Assembly: GCA_963785725.1 (NCBI GenBank)
Contig: CAWAWS010000007.1
Location: 320,001 to 384,000, forward strand
Direction of reading: 5' to 3'
From: an uncultured delta proteobacterium
Lineage (GTDB): Bacteria; Myxococcota_A; Polyangia; Palsa-1104
Length of the DNA: 64,000 nucleotides
This document shows positions 20,686-32,939 of the stretch, piece by piece (position 1 is the first letter of the stretch; the number at the start of each line of letters is the position of its first letter). A program made the translations under genes and the position numbers. The notes under the pieces are model-generated. The model had not been told where the DNA came from and did no database searches. It was given only the letters and a program-made list of their open reading frames with translations.

Positions 20686-22149
20686 ATGCACGATTTGATT
20701 CAAAACTTCATCAATGGTGAGTTCGTCGCGTCGAAGTCGAACAAGACGCTCAAGAATTTGAACCCGGCGACGGGCGAAGCGCTGGGCGAGGTCGTCGTCA
20801 GCGGGCGCGAAGAGGCCGAAGCCGCGATCGCGGCGGCCAAGGCGGCGCTGCCGGCGTGGAAGCGGACGCCGGCGCCGAAGCGCGGTGAAATCCTCGCCAA
20901 AGCGGCGATTGAAATGGCGCGGCGTAAAGAGGAATTGGCGCGCGCGCTGACGCTCGAAGAGGGCAAGACGATCGGCGAGTCGCTCGGCGAAGTGCAAAAG
21001 GCGATCAATACGCTCGAGTTTCAAGCGGGCGAAGGGCGGCGCCTGAACGGCGAGACGGTGCCGTCTGATTTCCCGTCGACGTTTTGCTGGACGCAGCGTG
21101 AGGCGCTCGGCGTCGTCGCGCTGGTGACGCCGTGGAATTTCCCGGTGGCGATTCCGATTTGGAAATTGGGGCCGGCGTTGGTGACGGGAAATACAGTCGT
21201 GTTGAAGCCGGCGTCGATTACGCCGTGGACCGCGAAAATAATCGCGGAGATATTCGCGACGGCGGGGATTCCGAAGGGCGTGTTCAACGTCGTGTTCGGG
21301 CCGGGCTCGACGGTGGGCGATACGCTGGTGACCCACAAGGATATCGCGGCAATTTCCTTTACCGGGTCGAATGAAATCGGGATCAAGCTGTACGCGGACG
21401 CGGCGGCGCGACATAAGAAAGTGCAGTGCGAGATGGGCGGCAAGAATCCCGTCATCGTGCTCGAAGACGCCGATTTGGAGCTGGCGGCGACGGCGACGGT
21501 GCAAGGCGCGTTCGGCTCGACCGGGCAGCGCTGCACGGCGACGGCGCGCGCCATCGTGTCCAAGGAGGTCATCGAGGCGTTTACGCGTCGCGTGATCGAG
21601 AAGGCGCGCGAGCTGCGTGTCGGCGACGGCAGCGATACGTCGGTGCACGTCGGGCCGCTCGTCGACGAGCATCAGTTCCGCTCGGTGCTCAATTACGTCG
21701 AGATCGGCAAGAAAGAGGCGAAGCTGGCGCTCGGCGGCGAGCGCGTCGGCGACAAAGGATTCTTCGTCGCGCCGACGGTGTTCGTCGGCGTGAAGCGCGA
21801 CATGCGCTTGGCGCAAGAGGAAGTCTTTGGGCCCGTGTTGGCGATCATCGAGGCCAAAGACTTCGAGGACGCGATCGATATCGCCAATGACGTGAAGTAT
21901 GGCCTTACCTCTTCGATCTTCAGTAAAGACGTCAATCGCGTGTTCCAATATCTCGAGCGTATCGAGACCGGGATCACGCACGTCAACTCGGGCACCGTCG
22001 GTGGCGAGGCGCAGCTGCCGTTCGGCGGCATGAAGGCGACCGGCGTCGGCGCGCGCGAGATGGGGCGCACGGCGATCGAGTTTTATAGCGAGTGGAAGAC
22101 GGTCTATGTCGACTACACGGGCGCCAAGCGCACGACGAACGTCTACTAA
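20686..22149 (+). CDS. NAD(P)-dependent aldehyde dehydrogenase
   Basis: TPWNFP, FTGS, CEMGGKNP, GQRCTAT, EEVFGP, PFGGMK. Confidence 0.95.
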   Translation: MHDLIQNFINGEFVASKSNKTLKNLNPATGEALGEVVVSGREEAEAAIAAAKAALPAWKRTPAPKRGEILAKAAIEMARRKEELARALTLEEGKTIGESLGEVQKAINTLEFQAGEGRRLNGETVPSDFPSTFCWTQREALGVVALVTPWNFPVAIPIWKLGPALVTGNTVVLKPASITPWTAKIIAEIFATAGIPKGVFNVVFGPGSTVGDTLVTHKDIAAISFTGSNEIGIKLYADAAARHKKVQCEMGGKNPVIVLEDADLELAATATVQGAFGSTGQRCTATARAIVSKEVIEAFTRRVIEKARELRVGDGSDTSVHVGPLVDEHQFRSVLNYVEIGKKEAKLALGGERVGDKGFFVAPTVFVGVKRDMRLAQEEVFGPVLAIIEAKDFEDAIDIANDVKYGLTSSIFSKDVNRVFQYLERIETGITHVNSGTVGGEAQLPFGGMKATGVGAREMGRTAIEFYSEWKTVYVDYTGAKRTTNVY

Positions 22150-22189
22150 CAGACAGACATAGAACGGCTATCAACAGACAGACATAAAC

Positions 22190-22534
22190 ATGCAGCTCGA
22201 AGCACTGACATTGACGGCGCGGGATTTGAAGCGAGCGCGCCAGTTCTACGCCGGCAAGCTGGGATTCGCGGTGCTGGTGGAGAGCGAACGCTCGATCGTG
22301 CTCGACGCCGGCGGCGTTTTTCTGCAGCTCGCCGCCGACGGCGTGCGCGCGCCGCTCGACGCGTCCGAGCCGCGCCTGGCGTTTCGTACGACCGACTTGT
22401 GGCAGCGCTGCGCGGCGCTGCGCGATCTCGGCGTCAGTGTGGACGGGCCGCTGCAAAACGAGGGCGGCGACGGGCGGCACGCGGAATTGCGCGATCCGGA
22501 CGGACACCCGATTACGTTGTGGGAGAAACGATGA
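22190..22534 (+). CDS. VOC/glyoxalase family protein
   Basis: DLKRARQFYAGKLGF...LRDPDGHPITL. Confidence 0.88.
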   Translation: MQLEALTLTARDLKRARQFYAGKLGFAVLVESERSIVLDAGGVFLQLAADGVRAPLDASEPRLAFRTTDLWQRCAALRDLGVSVDGPLQNEGGDGRHAELRDPDGHPITLWEKR

Positions 22535-23409
22535 CGAAGCGGACTGTGAAGTGCGGCTTGATTCAGGCGTCGAACCCGATCAACGACGAGAAGCGTCCGG
22601 TCGCCGAGATCCAAGCGGCGATGTACGAGAAGCATTTGCCGCTGATTGAAAAGGCGGGAAATGAGGGCGTGAAGATCTTGTGTCTGCAAGAGATCTTCAA
22701 TGGACCTTACTTCTGTCCGTCGCAGGATTCGCGCTGGTACGACGCGGCGGAGGCGGTGCCGGGGCCGACGGTGAACAAGCTGGCGGCGATCGCCAAGAAG
22801 TTCGGAATGGCGATGGTCGTGCCGGTCTATGAGCGGGAAATGGCCGGCGTTTATTACAATACCGCGGCGGTTCTCGATCACGACGGCAGTTATCTCGGGA
22901 AATATCGCAAGAATCATATTCCGCAGGTCAATCCCGGGTTTTACGAGAAGTATTATTTCAAGCCGGGAAATCTCGGTTATCCGGTGTTCAAGCTGTCGTC
23001 GGGCGTCACGATCGGCGTCTATATTTGTTACGACCGCCATTTCCCGGAAGGCGCGCGCCTGTTGGGTTTGCATGGCGCCGAGATCGTCTTCAATCCGTCG
23101 GCGACGGTCGCCGGTTTGTCGCAATATCTTTGGAAGCTCGAGCAGCCGGCGCACGCAGTGGCCAACGGTTATTTCATGGGCTGCATCAATCGCGTCGGCA
23201 CCGAAGCGCCGTGGAATATCGGTAAATTCTATGGCTCGTCCTATTTCGTCGACCCGCGCGGCAACTTCTTGGCGACGGCGTCGGAAGATCAGGACGAATT
23301 GGTCGTCGCCGAGCTCGATTTGAGCGCGATCGAAGAGACGCGGCGGACCTGGCAGTTCTTCCGCGATCGCCGACCGGACAGCTATGGCGACATGGTAAAG
23401 GACGTTTGA
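22531..23409 (+). CDS. Beta-ureidopropionase (nitrilase family)
   Basis: CLQEIFNGPYFC, YRKNHIP, ICYDRHFPE catalytic E-K-C; operon context. Confidence 0.92.
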   Translation: MTKRTVKCGLIQASNPINDEKRPVAEIQAAMYEKHLPLIEKAGNEGVKILCLQEIFNGPYFCPSQDSRWYDAAEAVPGPTVNKLAAIAKKFGMAMVVPVYEREMAGVYYNTAAVLDHDGSYLGKYRKNHIPQVNPGFYEKYYFKPGNLGYPVFKLSSGVTIGVYICYDRHFPEGARLLGLHGAEIVFNPSATVAGLSQYLWKLEQPAHAVANGYFMGCINRVGTEAPWNIGKFYGSSYFVDPRGNFLATASEDQDELVVAELDLSAIEETRRTWQFFRDRRPDSYGDMVKDV

Positions 23410-23416
23410 TAGCGCC

Positions 23417-24808
23417 ATGCGCACATTGATTCAGAATGGAACGTGCGTAACCGCGAGCGATATGTTCGCCGCCGATGTATGGATCGAGAACGGCAAGATC
23501 ACGGCGCTGACACAACCGGGAACCAAGCTCGGTAACGCCGATAAGATCATCGATGCGACGGGGAAATATGTGATTCCCGGCGGAATCGACGCGCATACGC
23601 ACCTCGATATGCCGTTTGGCGGCACCAGCTCGATCGATGACTTCGAGTCGGGAACGCTGGCGGCGGCGCACGGCGGCACCACGACGATCGTCGATTTCGC
23701 AATTCAGAAGAAGGGCGGATCGCTGCGCGAGGCGCTCGATACCTGGCACGCCAAAGCCGAAGGTAAAGCCTTGGTGGACTATGCGTTTCATATGATCGCG
23801 ACCGATATGCCGCCCAGTGTGCTGTCGGAGATGGGCGCGATCGTCAATGAAGGCGTCACCAGCTTCAAGATGTTCATGGCCTATCCGGGCGTGCTCATGC
23901 TCGACGACCAGTCGATCTTTCGCGCCATGCTGCGCGCGGGAGAGCTGGGCGCGCTCATTTGCATGCACGCGGAGACGGGACTGCCGATAGACGTGCTCGT
24001 CGAACGTGCGATAGCAGCCGGACATACGGCGCCGATCTATCACGCGCTGACGCGGCCGGAAGTGGCGGAGGCGACGGGGACCGATCGCGCCATCGCGCTC
24101 GCGGAGATGGCGAAAGTGCCGGTCTATATCGTGCATTTGTCGGCGCAGCGCGCGCTCGAACGCGTCATGGAAGCGCGCGATCGCGGGCTGCCGGCGTATG
24201 CCGAGACCTGTCCTCAGTATCTGTTCTTGAGCGAAGATGACTTACGCGGCACGCCCAATGACGAGTTCGAAGGCGCCAAGTATGTCTGCACGCCGCCGTT
24301 GCGTCCCAAGCATCACCACGAGCATTTATGGCGCGGGCTGCGCAATCACGACCTGCAAGTCGTCTCGACCGACCATTGCCCGTTCTGCATGAAGGGGCAA
24401 AAAGAGCTGGGCAGAGGCGACTTTTCGAAGATCCCCAATGGCATGCCGGGGATCGAGACGCGTTTGCATTTGTTGTACGAAGGCGTGCGCGAGAAGCGCA
24501 TTTCGCTCAATCGCTTCGTCGAGATTACGGCGACGGCGCCGGCGAAGATCTTCGGGCTCTATCCGCGCAAAGGCACGATCGCCATCGGCGCCGATGCCGA
24601 CGTCGTGGTGTGGGATCCCGAGAAGCGCTTCGAGCTGTCGCATAAGAATCTGCATATGCGCGCGGACTATGCGGCGTATGAAGGCAAGACGGTCATCGGC
24701 GCGCCGGCGCAAGTGTTGTCGCGCGGCGAAATCATCGTCGATAATGATAAAACGATCGGCAAAAAAGGGCGCGGGCAGTTCGTGCGCCGGGGGACTTTCT
24801 CTTTATGA
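23417..24808 (+). CDS. hydA: Dihydropyrimidinase
   Basis: PGGIDAHTH, SFKMFMAY, MHAE, YIVHLS, STDHCPF, IPNGMPGIETR. Confidence 0.96.
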   Translation: MRTLIQNGTCVTASDMFAADVWIENGKITALTQPGTKLGNADKIIDATGKYVIPGGIDAHTHLDMPFGGTSSIDDFESGTLAAAHGGTTTIVDFAIQKKGGSLREALDTWHAKAEGKALVDYAFHMIATDMPPSVLSEMGAIVNEGVTSFKMFMAYPGVLMLDDQSIFRAMLRAGELGALICMHAETGLPIDVLVERAIAAGHTAPIYHALTRPEVAEATGTDRAIALAEMAKVPVYIVHLSAQRALERVMEARDRGLPAYAETCPQYLFLSEDDLRGTPNDEFEGAKYVCTPPLRPKHHHEHLWRGLRNHDLQVVSTDHCPFCMKGQKELGRGDFSKIPNGMPGIETRLHLLYEGVREKRISLNRFVEITATAPAKIFGLYPRKGTIAIGADADVVVWDPEKRFELSHKNLHMRADYAAYEGKTVIGAPAQVLSRGEIIVDNDKTIGKKGRGQFVRRGTFSL

Positions 24809-26154
24809 GCACGGACGACGTTCGCGAAATCTCAGGTAAGCACACCTATGGCACTTGGCGGCGGCAAAAGGGGTTCAACCCGCTCAACATCGTCGACGCC
24901 GAAGGCTCGTACTTCACCGACTCGAGCGGCAAGCGCTACCTCGATCTGTCGAGCCAGCTCATGTGCTCGAACCTTGGGCCACAAGAATCGCGCCGTCATC
25001 GACGCCATCAAGCGGCAAGCCGAGGAATTGGCGTTCATCGCGCCCGGCTACACGACCAAGGCGCGCTCGGAGCTATGTAACGAGCTATTGACGGTACTGC
25101 CCACAGGACTGACGAAATACTTCTTTACGACCTCGGGCACGGAAGCGAACGAGGCGGCGATCAAGATCGCGCGGCTTTACACCGGTAAGCACAAGATCAT
25201 CTCGCGCTACGCCAGCTATCACGGCTCGACGGCGGGATCGATCTCGCTGACCGGCGATTTCCGTCGCTGGCCGTCCGAGCCGTTCGACACCGTGCCGGGC
25301 ACGGCGTTCGCGCCCGACGTCAACTGCTATCGCTGCCCGCTCAAGAAGTCGCACCCCGAGTGCGGCATCGCCTGCGCCGATTACACCGAGTACATGATCG
25401 AGCGCGAAGGCAATGTCGCGGCGATGATCATCGAGCCCATCGTCGGTACCAATGGCATCTTGGTGCCGCCGAAGGAATATCTCGTCAAGCTACGCGCGAT
25501 AACGAAGCGACATAACGTGCTGCTCATCGCCGACGAGGTCATGACCGGCTGGGGTCGCACCGGCGATTGGTTCGCGGTCAATCAGGGCGGCGACGGCCAC
25601 GCCATCGTCCCCGAATTTTGTGCACCGCCAAAGGCATCACCGGCGCCTATGTGCCGCTCGGTCTGTGTGCGACGACGGAAGAGATCGCCGACTTCTTCAA
25701 TGAACGCTACTTCGCGCACGGACATACCTATGAGGCGCATCCGCTGACGCTTGGCGCCGGCGACGGCGGCGATCCGCGAGTACAAGCGACTTGAACCTCA
25801 TCGAGCGTTCGCGGACGATGGGCGAGCTGCTCGGCCAGAAGCTGGCGGCGATCAAAGAGAAGCATCCGTCGCGTCGGTGACGTGCGCGGCCGCGGGCTCT
25901 TCTATGCCGTCGAGCTGGTCAAAGATCGCGCCAAGAAGACGCCGTTCAATACGCCGGCGGAGAAGCTGGAAGGCAAGCCGCTCGTCATCGATCAAGTGAC
26001 GGCGAAGATGATGGGCGCGGGCGTCGCCTGTCTCGGCTGGATCAGCCACCTCGTCATCGCGCCGCCGCTCATCGTCACCGAGGCCGAGCTCGACGAAGGC
26101 TTGCGCGTGCTCGACGACGCGCTCACCGTCGCCGACGCGCACGTGGCGGCGTGA
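24805..26154 (+). CDS. Class III aminotransferase, likely acting on beta-alanine (about five single-base indels)
   Basis: Fragments in successive frames: RYLDLSSQLMCSNL / FFTTSGTEANEAA...LLIADEVMTGWGRTG / ILCTAKGITG...HGHTYEAHP / VRGRGLFYAVEL...IAPPL. Indels near 24976, 25614, 25752, 25792 and 25871. Confidence 0.88.
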
Positions 26155-27687
26155 TGCCGCGCGGCGCCGATGATCCACGCGACATCGGCGCCGGCACCGT
26201 CGTCGGCGGCGAGATCCGCCACGCCGACGGGCGCGTCGAGCTCGACGCGGCGACGACGCGCGAAATCGAGTCCAGCCCGCTCTTCAATCACGATCTGGCG
26301 CCCGTGCGCGTCGCCGAGCGCACGTGGACCACGTACAACTACGCCGCGCTCTGGATCTCGATGGCGCACTGCATTCCCACGTACATGCTGGCGTCGGGAC
26401 TCATCGGCGCCGGCATGTCGTGGTGGCAGGCGCTCGTCACCATCTTGCTCGGCAACATGATCGTGCTCGTGCCCATCCTCGCCAACTCGCACCCCGGCAC
26501 GAAGTACGGCATCCCGTTTCCCGTCTTCGCGCGCGCCGCTTACGGCACCTCCGGCGCGAACCTGCCGGCGCTGATGCGCGCGATCGTCGCGTGCGGCTGG
26601 TTCGGCATTCAGTGCTGGATCGGCGGCGAGGCGTTGCACACGTTCTTTAGCGCCGCGTTCCCGTGGTGGCGACATACGCTGGCTATCGCACCTGCGAATG
26701 GCGGCCACGCGCTCGGCGAATGGATCGGCTTCGCGCTCTTCTGGCGCATCAACATCGCCGTCGTCTTCCGCGGCATGGAGCTACTGCGCAAAGTGGAGAA
26801 CTGGGCCGCGCCGTTCGTCCTCGTGATGACGACGTTCTTCGTCGTTTGGGCCTTGAAGCGCGCGCACGGCTTGGGCGCGATCATGGCGCAGCCCGGTAAG
26901 ATTCCGCGATTTTCCGTCGTTCTTCAAAGTGTTCGTCCCGTCGCTGACCGCGATGATCGGCTTCTGGGCCACGCTGTCGCTCAACATGCCCGACTTCACG
27001 CGCTTCGGTCGCTCGCAGCGCGAGCAGATGCTCGGCCAGGTCGTCGCGCTGCCGACGACGATGACGGTCTTCGCCGCGATGGGCGTCATCATCACGTCCG
27101 CCAGCGTCCTCATCTACGGCCAAGCCATCTGGGATCCGGTGAGCTTGGTCGGCAAGTTCACGCAGCCGTGGCTCGTCGCCATCGCGATGTTCACCGTCGT
27201 CGTCGCCACGCTCAGCGTCAACATCGCCGCCAACGTCGTCTCGCCCGCCAACGATTTCGCCAACGCCTTCCCGCGCCACATCGGCTTTCGCATGGGCGGT
27301 CTCATCACCGGCGTCGTCGGCGTCGTCATGCTGCCGTGGAAGCTCATCGCCGATCCCTCGGGCTACATCTTCAAGTGGCTGCTCGGCTATTCCGGCGGCC
27401 TCGGCTCGATCGCGGGCGTGCTCATCGCCGATTATTTCATCGTGCGCAATAAACGCCTCAACCTCGCCGACCTCTATCGCGCGGGCGGCGAATATCATTA
27501 TCGCGGCGGCTGGAACCTCCCGGCCGTCGCCGCGACGCTGCTCGGCTGCGGCTTGGCCTGGGCCGGCGCCGTCGTCCCGGCGCTGGCCGCGCTCTACGAT
27601 TACGCCTGGTTCGTCGGGTTCATCGTCGCCGCCGTCGCTTACTTGGCGCTGGCACGAGCATCTGGCCCGCGTTCGGTTCAAGCTTAA
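26151..27687 (+). CDS. NCS1 nucleobase:cation symporter (frameshift near 26900-26930)
   Basis: YNYAALWISMAHCIPTY, GTKYGIPFPV, WATLSLNMPDFTRF, NIAANVVSPANDF. Confidence 0.92.
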
Positions 27688-27693
27688 GCGCGG

Positions 27694-28455
27694 ATGACGC
27701 TGCTCGATTCGACGATGCGCTTTTCGGCGACCGCCGACGTGTACGATCGCTATCGCCCCGACTATCCCGCCGCCATTTTCGACTGGATCGTCGCCGCCGC
27801 GCAGCTCGAGCCGGCCGCGCCCGTCGTCGATCTCGGCTGCGGCACGGGGATCTCCGCGCGCCAGCTGGCCGCGCGCGGCTATCGCGTCACCGGCGTCGAT
27901 CCCAACGCGCGCATGCTCGGCTACGCGCGCGGCTATCGCCCCGGCGCGCACGGCCCGTTCTATGTCCGCGCGCGCGCCGAGGCGCTGCCGCTCGCCGATT
28001 CCGCGGCCGCGCTGGTGACGATGGCGCAGAGCGCGCATTGGTTCGTCGTCGATCCGGCACGCCGCACGCCGGTCTTGGCCGAGCTGGCGCGCGTGGCGCC
28101 GTTCGCCGTCGCGCTCTGGAACCGCCGCGCCAAGAGCCCGTTCATGAGCGACTATGACGCTTTGATACGTGCTTATGCCGCCGACTATTCGCACGTTCCC
28201 ACCGTCGAGCAAGCGCTGCATGCGCTGCGCGCGGCGGTGCCCAACGCGTGCGAGACCAAGCTGCCGCATCGACAGATGCTCGATCGCGCCGGCCTCGTTG
28301 GTCGCGCCTGGTCGTCGAGCTACGTCGCGCACGGCGTACGCGAGCGCGCCCAATTCGACGCCGCGCTCGACGCGCTGTTCTCGAAGCACATGCAAGCCGA
28401 CCGCGTCGAGTTCCTGTTCGAGACGGTCGCTATCGCTTGGTCCACACGCGACTGA
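27694..28455 (+). CDS. Class I SAM-dependent methyltransferase
   Basis: YDRYRPDYP, VVDLGCGTG, AQSAHWF. Confidence 0.92.
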   Translation: MTLLDSTMRFSATADVYDRYRPDYPAAIFDWIVAAAQLEPAAPVVDLGCGTGISARQLAARGYRVTGVDPNARMLGYARGYRPGAHGPFYVRARAEALPLADSAAALVTMAQSAHWFVVDPARRTPVLAELARVAPFAVALWNRRAKSPFMSDYDALIRAYAADYSHVPTVEQALHALRAAVPNACETKLPHRQMLDRAGLVGRAWSSSYVAHGVRERAQFDAALDALFSKHMQADRVEFLFETVAIAWSTRD

Positions 28456-28538
28456 GCGGCTATCGCACGTAACTGTCGATGGCCCTATCGCACGTGACAG
28501 TCGATAGAACGCGGCTCATGTAACCGGCGATAAAAGCG

Positions 28539-29144
28539 TTACAGCAGGTTGAGCGGCGGCGCGGTTACGAGATCGAGGAACTCTTGGCGAGTCGCGGGGT
28601 TCTCGCGGAAGATGCCGCGCACGGCCGACGTCACGACGCGCGCCTCGTGCGCGCGAATGCCGCGCGCCGCCATGCACAAGTGCAGCCCTTCGACGTAGGC
28701 CGCCGAGCCGCGCGTCTCCATGCGCTCATGCAGGAGCGCCGCCAATTCCTGCGTCAAATCCTCCTGCAGCACCGGCCGATGGGCGAGCAGGTTGACGATG
28801 CGCGACAGCTTGGAGATGCCGAGCACTTTGGCGCCCGGCAAATAGGCGACGCTGATGCGATAGATGACCGGCAACAAATGATGCGGACACATGCCGAAGC
28901 TGATGTTGTGCTTCGAGATGACCATCTCGTCGTAATGCGCCGGGAAGACGCGGCTCAACATCGTGTCGATCTGCGTCTTGACGTCCTCGGTCGCGCCCAC
29001 GAGCTCGGTCATGGCCCGCGCCGCGCGCGCCGCCGTCTCGTCGAAGTTGGCGTCGGTCTTCACCGGATAGCCGAGCTCTTCGAACGCTTCCAAGATCTGC
29101 TGGTAGGCGCCTTCCAACTTCGCGTACGCCGCTTCCTTGCTCAT
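28539..29144 (-). CDS. folE: GTP cyclohydrolase I
   Basis: MCPHHLLP, GISKLSR, RPVLQEDLT, HLCMAARG, TRQEFL. Confidence 0.93.
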   Translation of the reverse strand: MSKEAAYAKLEGAYQQILEAFEELGYPVKTDANFDETAARAARAMTELVGATEDVKTQIDTMLSRVFPAHYDEMVISKHNISFGMCPHHLLPVIYRISVAYLPGAKVLGISKLSRIVNLLAHRPVLQEDLTQELAALLHERMETRGSAAYVEGLHLCMAARGIRAHEARVVTSAVRGIFRENPATRQEFLDLVTAPPLNLL

Positions 29145-30250
29145 GGATTGGCTTTCCTTTTCCCTGTAGATGCCGGCAGCGGCAGCGTCGTTTGCTCCCA
29201 AATGCGCCGCGTCCACGCGGCGACGCCGAGCTCGAGTGCGCCCGCGCGCGGCTGCCAATGGTGCGCGTCGTAGCCGTCGAGCCGCAGCTTGCCGCGGGCG
29301 CGCGCGGCGAAGACGTGGAACTGCATGCGCCGATGGGTCAGCACGTGCTCGAAGCTGCCGTGCGGGCGCAGCTCGGTCAACGTCAGGCCGACGCCGGCGG
29401 CCGTCGCGTGCGCCGCGTCTTCGTCCGGCAGTTCGCCGCGGCCGAGCTGGCGGAGCGGCGGCTCCCACAAGCCGCCCCACAATCCCGACGGCGGGCGGCG
29501 CACGAACAGGAGCTTGCCGTCGCGCTCGGCCAAGAGCGCCACGGCGGCGACGGCGCGCGGCGGCTTCTTCGTCTTCGCCGCCGGCGTCGCCTCGACGGTA
29601 TCGGCGGCGCGAGCGCGACACTGCGCGACGAGCGGGCAGCGCGAGCAGCCGGGCGCGCGCGGCGTGCACACCGTCGCGCCCAGCTCCATCATCGCCTGAT
29701 TGAACGCGCTCGCGTCCACACCGCCGTCGCTGCGCACCAATTCTTCGGCGCGCCGCCACACGTCCTTCTTGAGCGCGGCGGAGTCGGCGGCGCCGGGCAG
29801 GCCGTCGACGCGCGCCAAGACGCGCACGACATTGCCGTCGACGATCGGCTCCGGCCGGCCGTAGGCGATGCTGACGATGGCGCCCGACGTGTACGCGCCG
29901 ATGCCGGGCAGCGCGCGGACGTCGGCGGTCTCCGTCGGGAATTGCCCGCCGTAGGTCGTCGCCACTTCGCGCGCGGCGGCGTGCAGATTGCGGGCGCGCG
30001 CGTAATAGCCGAGCCCGGCCCAATGCGACAGGACGTCGTCGAGCGGCGCCTCGGCCAGGGCGCGCACCGTCGGAAAGCGGTCCATCCAGCGCGTGAAGTA
30101 GGGCGTCACCGTGGCGACTTGCGTCTGCTGCAGCATGATCTCGGACACCCACACGGCGTAGGGATCGCGCGTGCGCCGCCAAGGCAGGTCGCGGTGGCCG
30201 CGCGCAAACCAGCTGACGAGCGCGCGCCGAATCTGCAGATCGCGATTCAA
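29141..30250 (-). CDS. mutY: A/G-specific adenine glycosylase
   Basis: RDLPWR, WVSEIMLQQTQV, GLGYYARARNL, LPGIGAYT, VDGNVVRV, CTPRAPGCSRCPLVAQC. Start position approximate. Confidence 0.96.
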   Translation of the reverse strand: MNRDLQIRRALVSWFARGHRDLPWRRTRDPYAVWVSEIMLQQTQVATVTPYFTRWMDRFPTVRALAEAPLDDVLSHWAGLGYYARARNLHAAAREVATTYGGQFPTETADVRALPGIGAYTSGAIVSIAYGRPEPIVDGNVVRVLARVDGLPGAADSAALKKDVWRRAEELVRSDGGVDASAFNQAMMELGATVCTPRAPGCSRCPLVAQCRARAADTVEATPAAKTKKPPRAVAAVALLAERDGKLLFVRRPPSGLWGGLWEPPLRQLGRGELPDEDAAHATAAGVGLTLTELRPHGSFEHVLTHRRMQFHVFAARARGKLRLDGYDAHHWQPRAGALELGVAAWTRRIWEQTTLPLPASTGKRKANP

Positions 30251-30310
30251 CGCGAGCGGTATAGCACGCAAACGCCGTGAAAACGCGCGCCAGCGACGAC
30301 GGCCGCGCGC

Positions 30311-30344
30311 AAAAAAAGAGGGCGACCCTCGCGGATCGCCCTCT
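30311..30344 (-). terminator. Intrinsic terminator after groEL
   Basis: Minus strand AGAGGGCGATCC-GCGA-GGGTCGCCCTCT hairpin followed by a T-run. Confidence 0.88.
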
Positions 30345-30374
30345 CGCAAACGATTACCTAACTACCGCGTCGGC

Positions 30375-32022
<1,648 letters not shown>

Positions 32023-32035
32023 GTTGAATGACTCC

Positions 32036-32326
32036 TTACTTCTCGATGACCGCGAGGATGTCGTCTTCGCGCAGGATGATGTGGTCGTCGCCGTCGAGCT
32101 TCACTTCGGAGCCCGAGTACTTGCCGAAGAGGACCTTGTCGCCGGCCTTGACGTCGAGCGGACGGAGCTTGCCGTCGTCGCCGATCTTGCCGTTGCCGAC
32201 GGCGATGACCTTCGCCTCGAGCGGCTTCTCTTTGGCGCTGTCGGGGATGAAGAGGCCGCCGGCGGTCTTCTCTTCTTCCTGAACGCGCTTGGCCAGGATG
32301 CGATCGTGCAGCGGTCGAATGGTCAT
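32036..32326 (-). CDS. groS: Co-chaperonin GroES
   Basis: [35 protein letters not shown]. Confidence 0.98.
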   Translation of the reverse strand: MTIRPLHDRILAKRVQEEEKTAGGLFIPDSAKEKPLEAKVIAVGNGKIGDDGKLRPLDVKAGDKVLFGKYSGSEVKLDGDDHIILREDDILAVIEK

Positions 32327-32338
32327 GGGATCCCTCCG

Positions 32339-32689
32339 TCAGGCGGCCGGCTTATCGCTGCCGCTAGATTTGGTGGTGGCTGGTTCGCTGGACTTCGTCG
32401 TCGATTCGGTGGACTTGGGAGCGGTTGCTGCGGCTTTGGCGTTCGATTCGTTGATGCTGCTCTGTACTTTTTCGGACCGATCGCTCGATTTCGGCTCGTT
32501 CGCCTTCTTCGAGGAATACAGATCCTTGTACCAACCGGAGCCCTTGAGCTGAAACGACGTCGAGCTGATCAACCGCTCGAGCTTGGGCGCATGGCACACC
32601 GGACACTCGACGAGCGCCGGATCTTTGATGCTGTGCGTCGCTTCCATTTCGTGCTCGCAGGCCTGACAGCGGTATTCGTACGTCGGCAT
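32339..32689 (-). CDS. FmdB-family zinc-ribbon protein
   Basis: [11 protein letters not shown]...CPVC...[13 protein letters not shown] followed by an S/K/T-rich tail. Confidence 0.92.
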   Translation of the reverse strand: MPTYEYRCQACEHEMEATHSIKDPALVECPVCHAPKLERLISSTSFQLKGSGWYKDLYSSKKANEPKSSDRSEKVQSSINESNAKAAATAPKSTESTTKSSEPATTKSSGSDKPAA

Positions 32690-32711
32690 TCTTTCAACCT
32701 CGTGGTGCGTC

Positions 32712-32759
32712 AGGGTAACCATGCCTGGCGGATTGTCAATCCCAGCAGGCGAGTGCTAA
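32712..32759 (-). promoter_or_regulatory. CIRCE (HrcA) operator overlapping a sigma70-type promoter for fmdB-groES-groEL
   Basis: Minus strand TTAGCACTC-N9-GATTGACAA (32733-32759): one perfect arm, one 6/9 arm containing TTGACA, followed 16 bp later by TACCCT. Confidence 0.8.
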
Positions 32760-32939
32760 AAAATCGAAAATTACACAATTGCTACAAATACATGCGATTG
32801 CAGGCTTGTGTAACAGTTGGGCACATTTTTGGCCAATTCGTGGCCGTCGTTTCGGCGCTCGGCCGCTCACCATTGGTCGAGCCATTCGACGCGTTCTCGA
32901 CGAGTGACACCTCGCCGAGCGCGTGCTATCGCACTGAAC

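Noticed and set aside
24872..24880. GGTTCAACC as an early copy of the palindrome
   Set aside because: Flanked by G/C (GGGTTCAACCC) and lacks the TGGT...ACCA arms and A/T flanks.
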